A stretch of DNA of 64,000 nt from a virus. This document shows, in pieces, positions 8,384 to 17,037 of the stretch. Every line of letters begins with the position of its first letter. Within the stretch, counting starts at the first letter, position 1. The DNA is taken from IMG/VR virus record IMGVR_UViG_3300046804_006785; one strand, given 5' to 3'. Below the pieces are notes generated by a model that was not told the DNA's origin, did not search any database, and worked only from the letters and a program-made list of their open reading frames with translations. A program made the position numbers and the translations under genes.

Positions 8384-9472
8384 ATGTCTCTAGTTCAAAA
8401 ATACCGTCCCCAAACTTTAAAGGAAGTAGTTGGTCAACGTCTTACCACTACAACTTTAATCAATTCCATTAATAAGCAACAATTACATTCTGCCTATTTA
8501 TTTTCAGGTGCGCGCGGTACTGGCAAAACATCAACAGCACGGGCTTTGGCTAAATCCCTAAACTGTCAAACTGGTATCACTTCAGATCCTTGTGGAACTT
8601 GTAGAACTTGTTTAGATATCCAAGCAGGTATTAGCTTTGGTATCTATGAGATAGATTGTGCAACTAACAATGGCGTTGATCATGCCCGTGAACTAGTTTC
8701 TAAGGTCTGCTATACAGGTTATTCTCGCTATAAGGTCTATATTTTAGATGAGGCTCATAATTTAACTAAACAAGCTTTTGATGCCCTGTTAAAGACTTTA
8801 GAAGAACCCGGTCAAAAGGTTGTGTTTATCTTGGTTACAACTGAGTTATCAAAAGTTCCTAAAACTATTCAGTCTAGGTGTCAAGCCTTTAACTTTACAC
8901 CAATTAAAGATTATGAACTGCGATCATACTGCCAAAAAATTTTAGAAGAGGAAGATTATAGTATTGCACCGGATTTACTCAAGATTCTAGTCAGTCATGG
9001 TGACGGTATTCTTAGAGATACTTTGACGCTTTTGGATAAAGTTATTCTGTCAGAAGCTAAAACTGAGGAAGATATCTATGAACTTTTGGGCGTTGTACCT
9101 GCCGTGAATATGATAACTTTACTGGATGCCTGTATTAACCAAGATTACACGGCAATCTATAAACAGTTAAAGGAACTTTTTAAGTCCGGTAGTGATCCAA
9201 TTGTGTTGTTGGGTGAGATTAGTAATTTTGTGAGGAATGCGATCGCTTCACAATCCACACCCATCGACTACACCATTATGACCTGTGACTCAAAAACCTA
9301 TAATGCTGCTAGGGCTTGGGGTAGTAAATTACCAATTAATAAACTGGTAGACGCGTCAATTTTACTTAGAGAATCCGAGACTGAGTTCAATAATTCCAAG
9401 TTCCCAAAGTTGACTCTAGAGTCAAATCTCCTAAAATTATCACAGATGTTTGCAATTAATAAAAATCTGTGA
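8384..9472 (+). CDS. dnaX: DNA polymerase III gamma/tau clamp-loader subunit
   Basis: KYRPQT, GARGTGKT, CxxCxxC zinc site, DEAH, ALLKTLEEP, SRC motif. Confidence 0.95.
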   Translation: MSLVQKYRPQTLKEVVGQRLTTTTLINSINKQQLHSAYLFSGARGTGKTSTARALAKSLNCQTGITSDPCGTCRTCLDIQAGISFGIYEIDCATNNGVDHARELVSKVCYTGYSRYKVYILDEAHNLTKQAFDALLKTLEEPGQKVVFILVTTELSKVPKTIQSRCQAFNFTPIKDYELRSYCQKILEEEDYSIAPDLLKILVSHGDGILRDTLTLLDKVILSEAKTEEDIYELLGVVPAVNMITLLDACINQDYTAIYKQLKELFKSGSDPIVLLGEISNFVRNAIASQSTPIDYTIMTCDSKTYNAARAWGSKLPINKLVDASILLRESETEFNNSKFPKLTLESNLLKLSQMFAINKNL

Positions 9473-9623
9473 TATAAGATAGATCAAGTGTCCTTGTGAA
9501 AGTACATCTTGTTTTACCTTTGTTTTATTCTATCATCCTTACTACTGTGGTAATTGTAGTAAGGATTTTTTGTATATATGAACTTTTGTATGTTAACTTA
9601 GTAGTAATTATGTATACGTAGGT

Positions 9624-9908
9624 ATGGGGATATTAAAGGGGGTGAATATGAGCATAGAAGAGGAAGAATCTAAAGATCCGGGTAACATGAAACTATCATC
9701 TTGGATAGTCATGTTGGTTACTGGGATAATTTCTACAAGCGCAATCAGCGTTGTCAATACTTTATCCCAGAACTATTCTGAAATAGTAAGGATGCGGGTA
9801 GAACTGTCAACTTTAAATGAAAATAACAAGACTATCTTAGCTGCATTGGCTAGTCAGGATGAGAGGATCAGAGCATTGGAAATTAAAAATAGTGCAGGGA
9901 AAAATTAA
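9624..9908 (+). CDS. small membrane protein (one TM helix plus coiled coil)
   Basis: Hydrophobic WIVMLVTGIISTSAISVV followed by heptad tail ERIRALE. Confidence 0.6.
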   Translation: MGILKGVNMSIEEEESKDPGNMKLSSWIVMLVTGIISTSAISVVNTLSQNYSEIVRMRVELSTLNENNKTILAALASQDERIRALEIKNSAGKN

Positions 9909-9975
9909 ATATATTTTAATAAATTTAACCCGGATCTTATCTTTAGATGTGGGTTTTTTAGTACCTAAAATAAAT

Positions 9976-10000
9976 AAAAAACCCGCCATTAGTGACGGGT
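9976..10000 (-). terminator. repeated terminator CCCGTCAnnnATGGCGGG-Un
   Basis: Same hairpin family recurs at about 20528-20552, 23930-23951 and 39451-39475. Confidence 0.7.
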
Positions 10001-10010
10001 AAAGCTTGTC

Positions 10011-10430
10011 TTATAATCTGCTTCTTTCCAAATGCTTATCCTCAATAGTAGGACTTGCACCCGCCCATTGCTCAGTCACAACCTCTATGCTTAGAATACG
10101 CAGTAAACCAGCATAGTTAAATAGCACTTGACCGTCCTCTGTGGTTTCCCGTTTATTTTGTGGTGCGAGAAACACCGCAATCCCAGCCTTCAGCCATTGC
10201 TCTTGTATTGGTAGTGGTGCAACGGCCACTACTATAGAGTCTTTGGGGATACTATGAGCAACCGCTTCAGTCTCACCCAATGGAATCTCTAAGAACTTGA
10301 TATTATCACCATCTTTAGAAAGATTAGAAATTGTTCCCCTAAATTGTTGGGTGATCGTATTACCTAAATCAGCAACCATTTGAGGTTGTGCATCATGGCG
10401 AGAAAAGAAATATACGTTCATGTTGTCCAC
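10011..10430 (-). CDS. hypothetical protein
   Basis: 139-aa ORF in a minus-strand operon. Confidence 0.65.
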   Translation of the reverse strand: MDNMNVYFFSRHDAQPQMVADLGNTITQQFRGTISNLSKDGDNIKFLEIPLGETEAVAHSIPKDSIVVAVAPLPIQEQWLKAGIAVFLAPQNKRETTEDGQVLFNYAGLLRILSIEVVTEQWAGASPTIEDKHLERSRL

Positions 10431-10783
10431 TCCAGAAATTCAATTTTAAACTTATATGCACTTACGATTATCTGAGAATCAAATTCTGATGCAAGCATAC
10501 TATTTGATTCATAGGGTTTAACACCTTCACACCAGCTAATGCTGATATGTGGTGTTTCAATCTGGCAGGGAATACTTTTAGGTAATCTTAAAGCTACCGC
10601 TTGTATTTTACCGTTCCAAGCCTCATACAGTGTTGAAGCTATGAATACTTTACCTTCCCAGTCTATCCAGTCCTCACGTTCTACTCCAAACTGGAGTGTT
10701 ACGTGGTGTGGCGTTCCATAGGGATAACGCTTAGGGATGGTTAGGGGTGACTGGATAACACCCCATAGAATACCCTTAGTCAT
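10418..10783 (-). CDS. 2H phosphoesterase family protein
   Basis: Two HxT/S motifs (PHHVTLQF, TPHISISW); ATG 10783 overlaps the upstream stop (ATGACTAA). Confidence 0.75.
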   Translation of the reverse strand: MTKGILWGVIQSPLTIPKRYPYGTPHHVTLQFGVEREDWIDWEGKVFIASTLYEAWNGKIQAVALRLPKSIPCQIETPHISISWCEGVKPYESNSMLASEFDSQIIVSAYKFKIEFLEWTT

Positions 10784-11072
10784 CGTCACCATAATCACCC
10801 CATTCGCGGGGTTCACCACTTGGCTTATAGGTTGGGGATGTACTACCCGGATCTGGTACTCTAAACCTGTCTCTAAACTCTTTTGGAACAGAGTCCAGAA
10901 TAGCGTTAGAGTGTGCGTGGGAGATACCACTAAAATTCTTAATATTCCAAGTGTTGTCTATTTCTTGGCGTTTTTCACCTTCAAAAGTTAGGCGACGGCT
11001 TTTACCATTTAGGACTTGGAAAAGGTCATCTTTTCCAGAGAAGTTGGAATTGTCAACAAAGTATCCTTTCAT
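10776..11072 (-). CDS. hypothetical protein
   Basis: ORF with AAAGGA RBS downstream of hammerhead 1. Confidence 0.65.
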   Translation of the reverse strand: MKGYFVDNSNFSGKDDLFQVLNGKSRRLTFEGEKRQEIDNTWNIKNFSGISHAHSNAILDSVPKEFRDRFRVPDPGSTSPTYKPSGEPREWGDYGDDD

Positions 11073-11099
11073 CTTATTTCCTTTGTGGGTGTGAATTTA

Positions 11100-11162
11100 T
11101 AGCTTCCCACTACTACCAAGATGGTAGTTTCGAGAGGTAGCTAACCTTTCTCATCAGGTGGG
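11100..11162 (-). ncRNA. type I hammerhead ribozyme 1 (GUA cleavage triplet)
   Basis: cccac-CUGAUGA-gaaagg[uuagcua]ccucuc-GAAA-cuacc[aucuu]gguag-UA-guggg-aagcua. Confidence 0.9.
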
Positions 11163-11165
11163 TTA

Positions 11166-11528
11166 TTAGTAGCTAGATACTAACGAATAAACTAACTCCG
11201 CTTGCCGTTTTTTTGTCTTTTTCTCAGGTGGTAACTCTACTACCTGATACTCGACTAATGAGACTTTAACGCCCATCTTCAGAAGATGGAGTACTGTTTG
11301 ACCTTCCATAGAATCTGCTAAAACTATATCACCTGAAACCAGGTGAATAGTTTGACTTTTAACTATGGAAACAGAGCCATAATTATCGGTTTCTTCTTGT
11401 TCACCAACAAGAAGAGATCCATTTTCTAATGAGAATACAAATCTATTGTATTCTTCCTTAGTAAATGTAATGTCAGCAGTTACATTTAATTTTTTAGAAA
11501 CTTCTTTGTTTAAAAAAGAGTAAATCAT
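11166..11528 (-). CDS. hypothetical protein
   Basis: 120-aa ORF with AAGGAG RBS. Confidence 0.65.
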   Translation of the reverse strand: MIYSFLNKEVSKKLNVTADITFTKEEYNRFVFSLENGSLLVGEQEETDNYGSVSIVKSQTIHLVSGDIVLADSMEGQTVLHLLKMGVKVSLVEYQVVELPPEKKTKKRQAELVYSLVSSY

Positions 11529-11557
11529 AAAGTAGTCTCCTTGTGGGTTTGAAACTT

Positions 11558-11619
11558 TAGCTTCCCACTATTGTTTAAAAACAATTTCGGGAGGTAGCCA
11601 GCCTCCCTCATCAGGCGGG
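11558..11619 (-). ncRNA. type I hammerhead ribozyme 2 (AUA cleavage triplet)
   Basis: cccgc-CUGAUGA-gggagg[cuggcua]ccuccc-GAAA-uuguu[uuua]aacaa-UA-guggg-aagcua. Confidence 0.9.
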
Positions 11620-11621
11620 TA

Positions 11622-11855
11622 TTAGAAATGTTTAATACCTCTCTTTTTTTTCATTTCTTCAATTGTAGAATAATAGTATTCTCCGTTAAAGTCCCCACCA
11701 GATTCAGAAGCAAATTTAATTGCTTCTTTCTTGTCTGTAAAAATATGACAACTTAAAACTTCGCTACCATCTTGATATCTATAAGTCCATACATCCCAGA
11801 ACTTCTGTTCTTGGGGTTTTGTTAAATAGTTAGGTCTTTCTAATGCTTTACTCAT
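11622..11855 (-). CDS. hypothetical protein
   Basis: 77-aa ORF with GAGGA RBS and its own promoter. Confidence 0.65.
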   Translation of the reverse strand: MSKALERPNYLTKPQEQKFWDVWTYRYQDGSEVLSCHIFTDKKEAIKFASESGGDFNGEYYYSTIEEMKKKRGIKHF

Positions 11856-11880
11856 TTGTTTTATTCCTCTTTCGGTTTCT

Positions 11881-11920
11881 TATTTATAACTGTATATCAG
11901 TTATTTTGAATTGTCAATAC
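11881..11920 (-). promoter_or_regulatory. repeated promoter with AATAACTGATAT box
   Basis: TTGACA-N17-TACAGT; near-identical 40-mers at 12986-13025 and 13888-13927. Confidence 0.8.
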
Positions 11921-11951
11921 CTAAATTAAATTTATTTTGTGGGTATAATTA

Positions 11952-12014
11952 TGACTTCCCACCACTACCAAGATGGTAGTTTCGTCCGGTAGTCAGCCGG
12001 ACTCATCAGGTGGG
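11952..12014 (-). ncRNA. type I hammerhead ribozyme 3 (non-canonical GUG triplet)
   Basis: cccac-CUGAUGA-guccgg[cugacua]ccggac-GAAA-cuacc[aucuu]gguag-UG-guggg-aaguca. Confidence 0.85.
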
Positions 12015-12938
12015 TTAGGCTACAGTTTGCAGCCATTTTTCTAAAGGCTTAATGATGCCACCTTTGGCTTTTTGAGCCTTCTTATAGGCTTCGTAGGCAG
12101 CTTCACGTTGCTGTTGTGCTTTTTTAGCTTCTTCCTTAACAAAAGCTTCTGCTGTTCTAGCGTCGGCATAAACTTTAAAAGCTTTTGCTCTCTCAAGAGC
12201 TTCTTTTGCTGGTATAGCGATTGCATCTACCTTTTTATCTTCATCAAACTTGTAAATATATTTAGTTACTTCCTCTGGTAACTGCTCATGAGAAACAGCA
12301 CCTTTTCTGCACTCAAAAACTGCATTGGCTACAGGCCACATACAGATGTTTATATAGTTTTCATACTCTTGCAACTCAGGATACAAGCTATAAAAATACT
12401 TTTTCAGTTCTGGATACTGGGCTTTTTTAGAAGCCATTGGATGTTTTGCTGCTACTGGCTTAGTTTTAGCTTCCCAGTGTTTTACCCAGTTTTCAAACAC
12501 TTTCTGATCACGGTTGATCAGTTGTTGTGTTTTCTTCCATTCATTTGCAATTTCTACACCACGCAATTTTAACTGCTCCCGTTCACCATAAACGGGGTGT
12601 CTCCAAAAAGAAATGGTTTCTGTAGCTGTACCTGTTTGAGCTACAAATACTTCTTGAAAAACCTGTCTCCATTCATCAGAGGTAAACGAAACTTCAATGG
12701 CTTTTTGAGCCTCTAACCGAGTAGCATACTCAGTTTTTTGTGCTGCTGTCAAAGCAGGTAGCTGTATATTGAAAGGGAACTCATTCCCTTCTTTGTCTAG
12801 AAGAATCACACCTTCTGAATCATAGGAGTTTTCAATCTGAAAGTGTGTTCCTTCAATTAAAAGCTTGCCGTTTTTATAAACACCTGGTTCTTTGTCAGAA
12901 TCAATTTCAACTAATTCATAATTTTTGTAAATAGTCAT
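12015..12938 (-). CDS. hypothetical protein
   Basis: 307-aa ORF with RBS and promoter. Confidence 0.7.
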   Translation of the reverse strand: MTIYKNYELVEIDSDKEPGVYKNGKLLIEGTHFQIENSYDSEGVILLDKEGNEFPFNIQLPALTAAQKTEYATRLEAQKAIEVSFTSDEWRQVFQEVFVAQTGTATETISFWRHPVYGEREQLKLRGVEIANEWKKTQQLINRDQKVFENWVKHWEAKTKPVAAKHPMASKKAQYPELKKYFYSLYPELQEYENYINICMWPVANAVFECRKGAVSHEQLPEEVTKYIYKFDEDKKVDAIAIPAKEALERAKAFKVYADARTAEAFVKEEAKKAQQQREAAYEAYKKAQKAKGGIIKPLEKWLQTVA

Positions 12939-12985
12939 TTTGTTTTCTTCCTTTGTTAAGTCTTGTGAGTGGTTTTTGCTCTCTA

Positions 12986-13025
12986 TATTTATAACTGTAT
13001 ATCAGTTATTTTATTTTGTCAATAC
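12986..13025 (-). promoter_or_regulatory. repeated promoter, copy 2
   Basis: TTGACA-N17-TACAGT with AATAACTGATAT. Confidence 0.8.
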
Positions 13026-13120
13026 TCAAATTAAAATTTTTTTTGTGATACAAGATTGTGATTTTTTATGACAATTAGAGTAGTTTTGCCCGGTAGTTAG
13101 CCGGACTATTTAGACAATCT

Positions 13121-13843
13121 TTACATAGAGTCTCTGACACTCCGATCTGTAGTGTACCAAACTTTATTCTTGTTTTCATTATGAAGACGCTGTTCTTGAT
13201 CTTTGATGCGTCTTAATTTTCCTGATGCTAAAATTTCGTTCCCTCTTGTTTCAAAAGGTATATAGTTTTCAGCCAGCACAGATTCTATAAAATCTGTGGA
13301 TATTTTGCGAGGGTTTGTAATTAAAATGGTTACAACGTCAGAATTTCTTGGCATTATATGAACAGCCTCCCAAGGAAATCCTAAAGATTTTATGAGAGCG
13401 TGTAACTTTTCAGAGTTCATGTTGTTAATTTCTCTGATTTTTTTCTCTATATTTTTTTCTTCTTCAGTCTTTATTTTACCTTCAAACTCAAAGAAATCTC
13501 TGAGTGAACAATAAGTATCGTCAAAATTTATTTGTTTACTTACTGCTTTTAATTTTTTAAATTCCCAGGCTTTAACTTCTGCAAATTGTTCCGCAGTTAA
13601 TAATAATGCTGATTTTTTAAACTGGCATTTAAGGATACTTGCCAATTGTTTAATCTGGTCTTGATCCATCTCACACCAAATAACATGATCAAAGTTTAAA
13701 GTTTCCATTTGCTGCTTTACTTCTTCTAGTTTTACGTCAATCTTTAACAATTCATCCATCCATTTCTGGATGTTTTGGCGACCACCCACACGAGTGATTA
13801 AATTGATTAAAGTTTGTTGTCTAGCTTGTAAATCTTTCATCAA
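13121..13843 (-). CDS. hypothetical protein
   Basis: 240-aa ORF. Confidence 0.65.
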   Translation of the reverse strand: MMKDLQARQQTLINLITRVGGRQNIQKWMDELLKIDVKLEEVKQQMETLNFDHVIWCEMDQDQIKQLASILKCQFKKSALLLTAEQFAEVKAWEFKKLKAVSKQINFDDTYCSLRDFFEFEGKIKTEEEKNIEKKIREINNMNSEKLHALIKSLGFPWEAVHIMPRNSDVVTILITNPRKISTDFIESVLAENYIPFETRGNEILASGKLRRIKDQEQRLHNENKNKVWYTTDRSVRDSM

Positions 13844-13887
13844 CTTAACCAGGGTGTGAGTGGTTTTTTGTTTTTCCCTGTCTCCTA

Positions 13888-13927
13888 TGTTTATAACTGT
13901 ATATCAGTTATTTCTGATTGTCAATAC
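13888..13927 (-). promoter_or_regulatory. repeated promoter, copy 3
   Basis: TTGACA-N17-TACAGT with AATAACTGATAT. Confidence 0.8.
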
Positions 13928-14123
13928 TTAAATCTAAAATTCTTTTGTGGTGTAATATTTTACCATCTACTACATCTTCCAGATACTTACCAATGCTAGG
14001 AAGCAATACACCATCCCTAGTGTAGTAGTATCCTAGTTCGATGATCTGTTCCTCTAGTTGCTGACGTTTATCAGCGTCCATTCGGACTATGAAGGTGGCT
14101 TTGTTTTGTTTTTTCCTGCCCAT
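13908..14123 (-). CDS. ribbon-helix-helix-like DNA-binding protein
   Basis: N-terminal TFIVRMDADKRQQLE resembles an RHH strand plus helix; AAGGA RBS. Confidence 0.5.
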   Translation of the reverse strand: MGRKKQNKATFIVRMDADKRQQLEEQIIELGYYYTRDGVLLPSIGKYLEDVVDGKILHHKRILDLSIDNQK

Positions 14124-14226
14124 GATGATTGTCCTTGCATATCAGTTATTTAAGATTAGCAGAATTATGGGGTTTAGGTTAGATTTTTAGTTAGCTTGTT
14201 GTTTTAGAGAATTTTAAAATAAAGAC

Positions 14227-14255
14227 TTGACACAATCAGAAATATTTGATATATT
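14227..14255 (+). promoter_or_regulatory. promoter of the structured ncRNA
   Basis: TTGACA 14227-14232, N17, TATATT 14250-14255. Confidence 0.75.
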
Positions 14256-14261
14256 AGATAT

Positions 14262-14399
14262 GTGCTTGTAGCACTGCGCGTCAGACTTCAATTTTTAGAT
14301 TGTTGTCGTTTGACTTCTAACGCTGGGAAAAATAAGAAGTCAGGGTTGCAACCTGGGTTAAGGAGACGAAGCAAAAGCTTCAAGGTACTTCCCTCAAAA
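14262..14399 (+). ncRNA. structured RNA (tracr/scaffold-like) joined to a solo CRISPR repeat
   Basis: Hairpins gtgct/agcac, tgacttct/agaagtca, cagg-ttg/caacctg, gaagc/gcttc; no ORF; ends directly at the repeat. Confidence 0.6.
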
Positions 14400-14436
14400 G
14401 CTAAAATACTCCCTTAACAAGGAGTTGGATTGAAAC
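14400..14436 (+). CRISPR. solo CRISPR repeat (32/37 identical to the array repeat)
   Basis: GCTAAAATACTCCCTTAACAAGGAGTTGGATTGAAAC. Confidence 0.85.
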
Positions 14437-15126
14437 GGATAAGTCCCCTAAATCAGATAAAACAGCACTTTGATAGCTTTACTCACCTTTCTCAAGTGAC
14501 ACAGATTGTTTAAGGTGACTGTGTTAGGCAATCATGATGAATAGTTCACTAGAACATTTTATTTTTTTACTCAAAATGTTCAGTCATTTGTCCTGCAAAT
14601 TTTTAAGATTTAAGCGTATATTAATAGATTAATCTGTACAATTTTCAAAAATTAGTATAAATAGGAACTCTCTATTTTTGACTAAAGCTAAAAAGTATAT
14701 TACTAACTAGCAACTAGCATACTATTTAAGTTATTGCTTAGGCACTTTTCGCGCCTCAATTCTAAGGGTACAGTCTGGAAGCCTTATTCTATATAGATTG
14801 GTGATCCAAACTTTGAAATAATAGAAATAATATTACAGAACTTGGATCACTCTTTTTGTATCAATTTTTTAAAAATCCTTATATAGTAATAGTCTTAGCT
14901 ATTATTTTGCGTAAGTATTTATTTTATACTTTAGACTTTAAGTAAGAAAGGTGTCGGAAGATTGCTTAAAATACCTGAACGTTAATCATAAATGGTCTGA
15001 AAATCATATAAAGTGTTCAGGCTGTGAAATTACTTATAAAATTTCTATAGTTATTTTAACTAAGTAGTAAAATAAATCTAAGTATGTCTGAATATTTTAC
15101 TATTTTATTGATTTTTTCAGACATAT

Positions 15127-15507
15127 ATGCTATGTTATGAGGGTAAACATAAAATAAAGGAAATGGCTAAACGCGATCGCTCTAACTTAGTAGCTGTGGA
15201 AGTTAGTCTAAGCATGGCTAACTATCTCAAGCAAAGATACGGCGTTAAAACTCCAACTGAGGCAGTGAGAAAAGCCCTAGATGATTTTAGTCAAATACCC
15301 GATCTAGCTGAAGCGCAAAAATATGATCATGATAAATGCCTAGCTGTGTCTGATGAAACAAAAGTGAGGCTGATGCAAGCTATGAATTATCCTGATTGGC
15401 GTTTTGCTGCTTTACATATCATCAGTGATTATTTATATGATCACAATGCAAGGCAGTCCCGTAAAACAGAAGACAACACAGATTTAAAGGCAGAAGAAAA
15501 TGTATAA
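15127..15507 (+). CDS. hypothetical protein, possibly DNA-binding
   Basis: ORF; true start may be MAKRDRS (ATG about 15163, after an AAGGA RBS). Confidence 0.55.
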   Translation: MLCYEGKHKIKEMAKRDRSNLVAVEVSLSMANYLKQRYGVKTPTEAVRKALDDFSQIPDLAEAQKYDHDKCLAVSDETKVRLMQAMNYPDWRFAALHIISDYLYDHNARQSRKTEDNTDLKAEENV

Positions 15508-16192
15508 CCATCTTTGCGACGGATTGATCAAATTAGAACCCATAGACAACAAGCCGGGCTATCGTAGGATGATGCTAGACCCTACTGTAAGAGGCTGCCA
15601 TTATCTCATTGAGGATAAGGACTATTACCTTAAAGAAGTCCCCTTAATGGATATTGCGCCAAAATACCATAACAGTCTACTCAGAATCGCTCTAAAATCA
15701 GCAATTCTGGTAGATAAGGGCTATTGGATTATTGACTACGTTTACCACGCCACTGAGTTTGAAGTTTGGGCATTAAAATCTAAATATTCACAGTCCCAAA
15801 TAACCGATATTTGTGAAAAGCTACTATCTGCCTCAGTTGAAAGTATCTTGGATGAGAATTATCAGAGGAAATACGGCGATGAAGATGGCTTTGGCATGAT
15901 GAGCATTATCTTTGAAGATAAGATAGCTCCTGGACTAAAGGTATCTGAGTGTGGTGAATTACCTAACGGTATAGAAGCATCATTTCTTATCTGTGATCCT
16001 GATGCAATCCTTGAAGAGTTATATGGACTAAATATCAGTCATGTCCACAAATCACAGTTGATAAATGAAGCTAAAAAGTTGTTAGCTAAGGTCAAACCTG
16101 CTGAACCAAAACCAGTATCCGCCAAAATGAAGGCTAAACAGGAAAAACGCCTAAAAAATTGGAATCAGTCTAAAAAGAAGACTGACTCCTAA
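15500..16192 (+). CDS. hypothetical protein
   Basis: 230-aa ORF overlapping the previous stop. Confidence 0.65.
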   Translation: MYNHLCDGLIKLEPIDNKPGYRRMMLDPTVRGCHYLIEDKDYYLKEVPLMDIAPKYHNSLLRIALKSAILVDKGYWIIDYVYHATEFEVWALKSKYSQSQITDICEKLLSASVESILDENYQRKYGDEDGFGMMSIIFEDKIAPGLKVSECGELPNGIEASFLICDPDAILEELYGLNISHVHKSQLINEAKKLLAKVKPAEPKPVSAKMKAKQEKRLKNWNQSKKKTDS

Positions 16193-16396
16193 AATTCTGG
16201 AAAAACACAAACACAAAAAAAATAATAAAAATAGGGACTGTTATCAGCAGTCCTTTTTATTTTAATTCATTTCTTCGAGATGTCAAATAAAGAAACCCGA
16301 CTAACCTAATAGCCTGGTTTTTCTATTCAAGACTAATTGTTTTTAACAGCTTAAGCAGTTCAACTACACACATCCATAGATCCTGAAAGAAAATCA

Positions 16397-16663
16397 TTAA
16401 ATTATGATGCTTGGAAAAAAGCGGAACTTCCCCAGATTCTCAACCTCTAGCCACTGCCAACCATACTGTTTAATTAGTTTACTCGCTCTGACATTCATAG
16501 AATAATCCTGATTGCAAACGGCTTCTAATCTTTGAGCAAAGCCAAGATGTTTGTTTTCCCAAATCTCACCATCCCGAAAGGGGACATAAGTCTTGGGAAG
16601 TCCAGATAATAGTTGCTCAATAGTTGCCTCTATCTGGATTGTTTGTTGATCAATATGTGACAT
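16397..16663 (-). CDS. hypothetical protein or gene fragment
   Basis: 88-aa ORF. Confidence 0.4.
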   Translation of the reverse strand: MSHIDQQTIQIEATIEQLLSGLPKTYVPFRDGEIWENKHLGFAQRLEAVCNQDYSMNVRASKLIKQYGWQWLEVENLGKFRFFPSIII

Positions 16664-17037
16664 AAGGATAGTTTGATTATTTTAGGAGATATTTTACCAG
16701 AAATCCCACTAAAACCCTACTTTTTAGCCATTAAAAATTTATCAGTTTTTATATTCTGAGTAGAATATAAAAAGATAGAATCGCTGTAACCTGTACTGGT
16801 TATGACTTCCAGTTATTTTATTATGCAATTTTTTCAATTGTGTTTGAGTGCAAAACATGACAAAACACACCAATAGTATGGTGCAAAACAGGATTTTAAG
16901 TATAAATGCCTATGCAAAATATACTATTATTAGCCTGATAGTATGGTGCAGAATAGGTCAGCACTTTTTGGCAATGTTATTTGATTAGCTGGAAGCATAG
17001 AAAAACCTCAAATATTCATATCTGAGGTTTTTTATAA

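Noticed and set aside
10784-10930. N-terminal extension of the 2H protein in the ORF track
   Set aside because: Overlaps gene 10776-11072 in another frame; the coupled ATG at 10783 is more plausible
14445-14470. Match of the solo-repeat spacer (reverse complement CTGTTTTATCTGA) to about 50557-50569
   Set aside because: Only 13 nt in AT-rich DNA, flanks disagree, expected by chance
14560-15120. Long AT-rich non-coding tract as a replication origin
   Set aside because: No iterons or DnaA boxes recognisable; cannot be supported from the sequence alone
16845-16955. ATAGTATGGTGCA repeats (16873, 16938) and GCAAAACA motifs as replication iterons
   Set aside because: Only two good copies, irregular spacing and no adjacent rep gene
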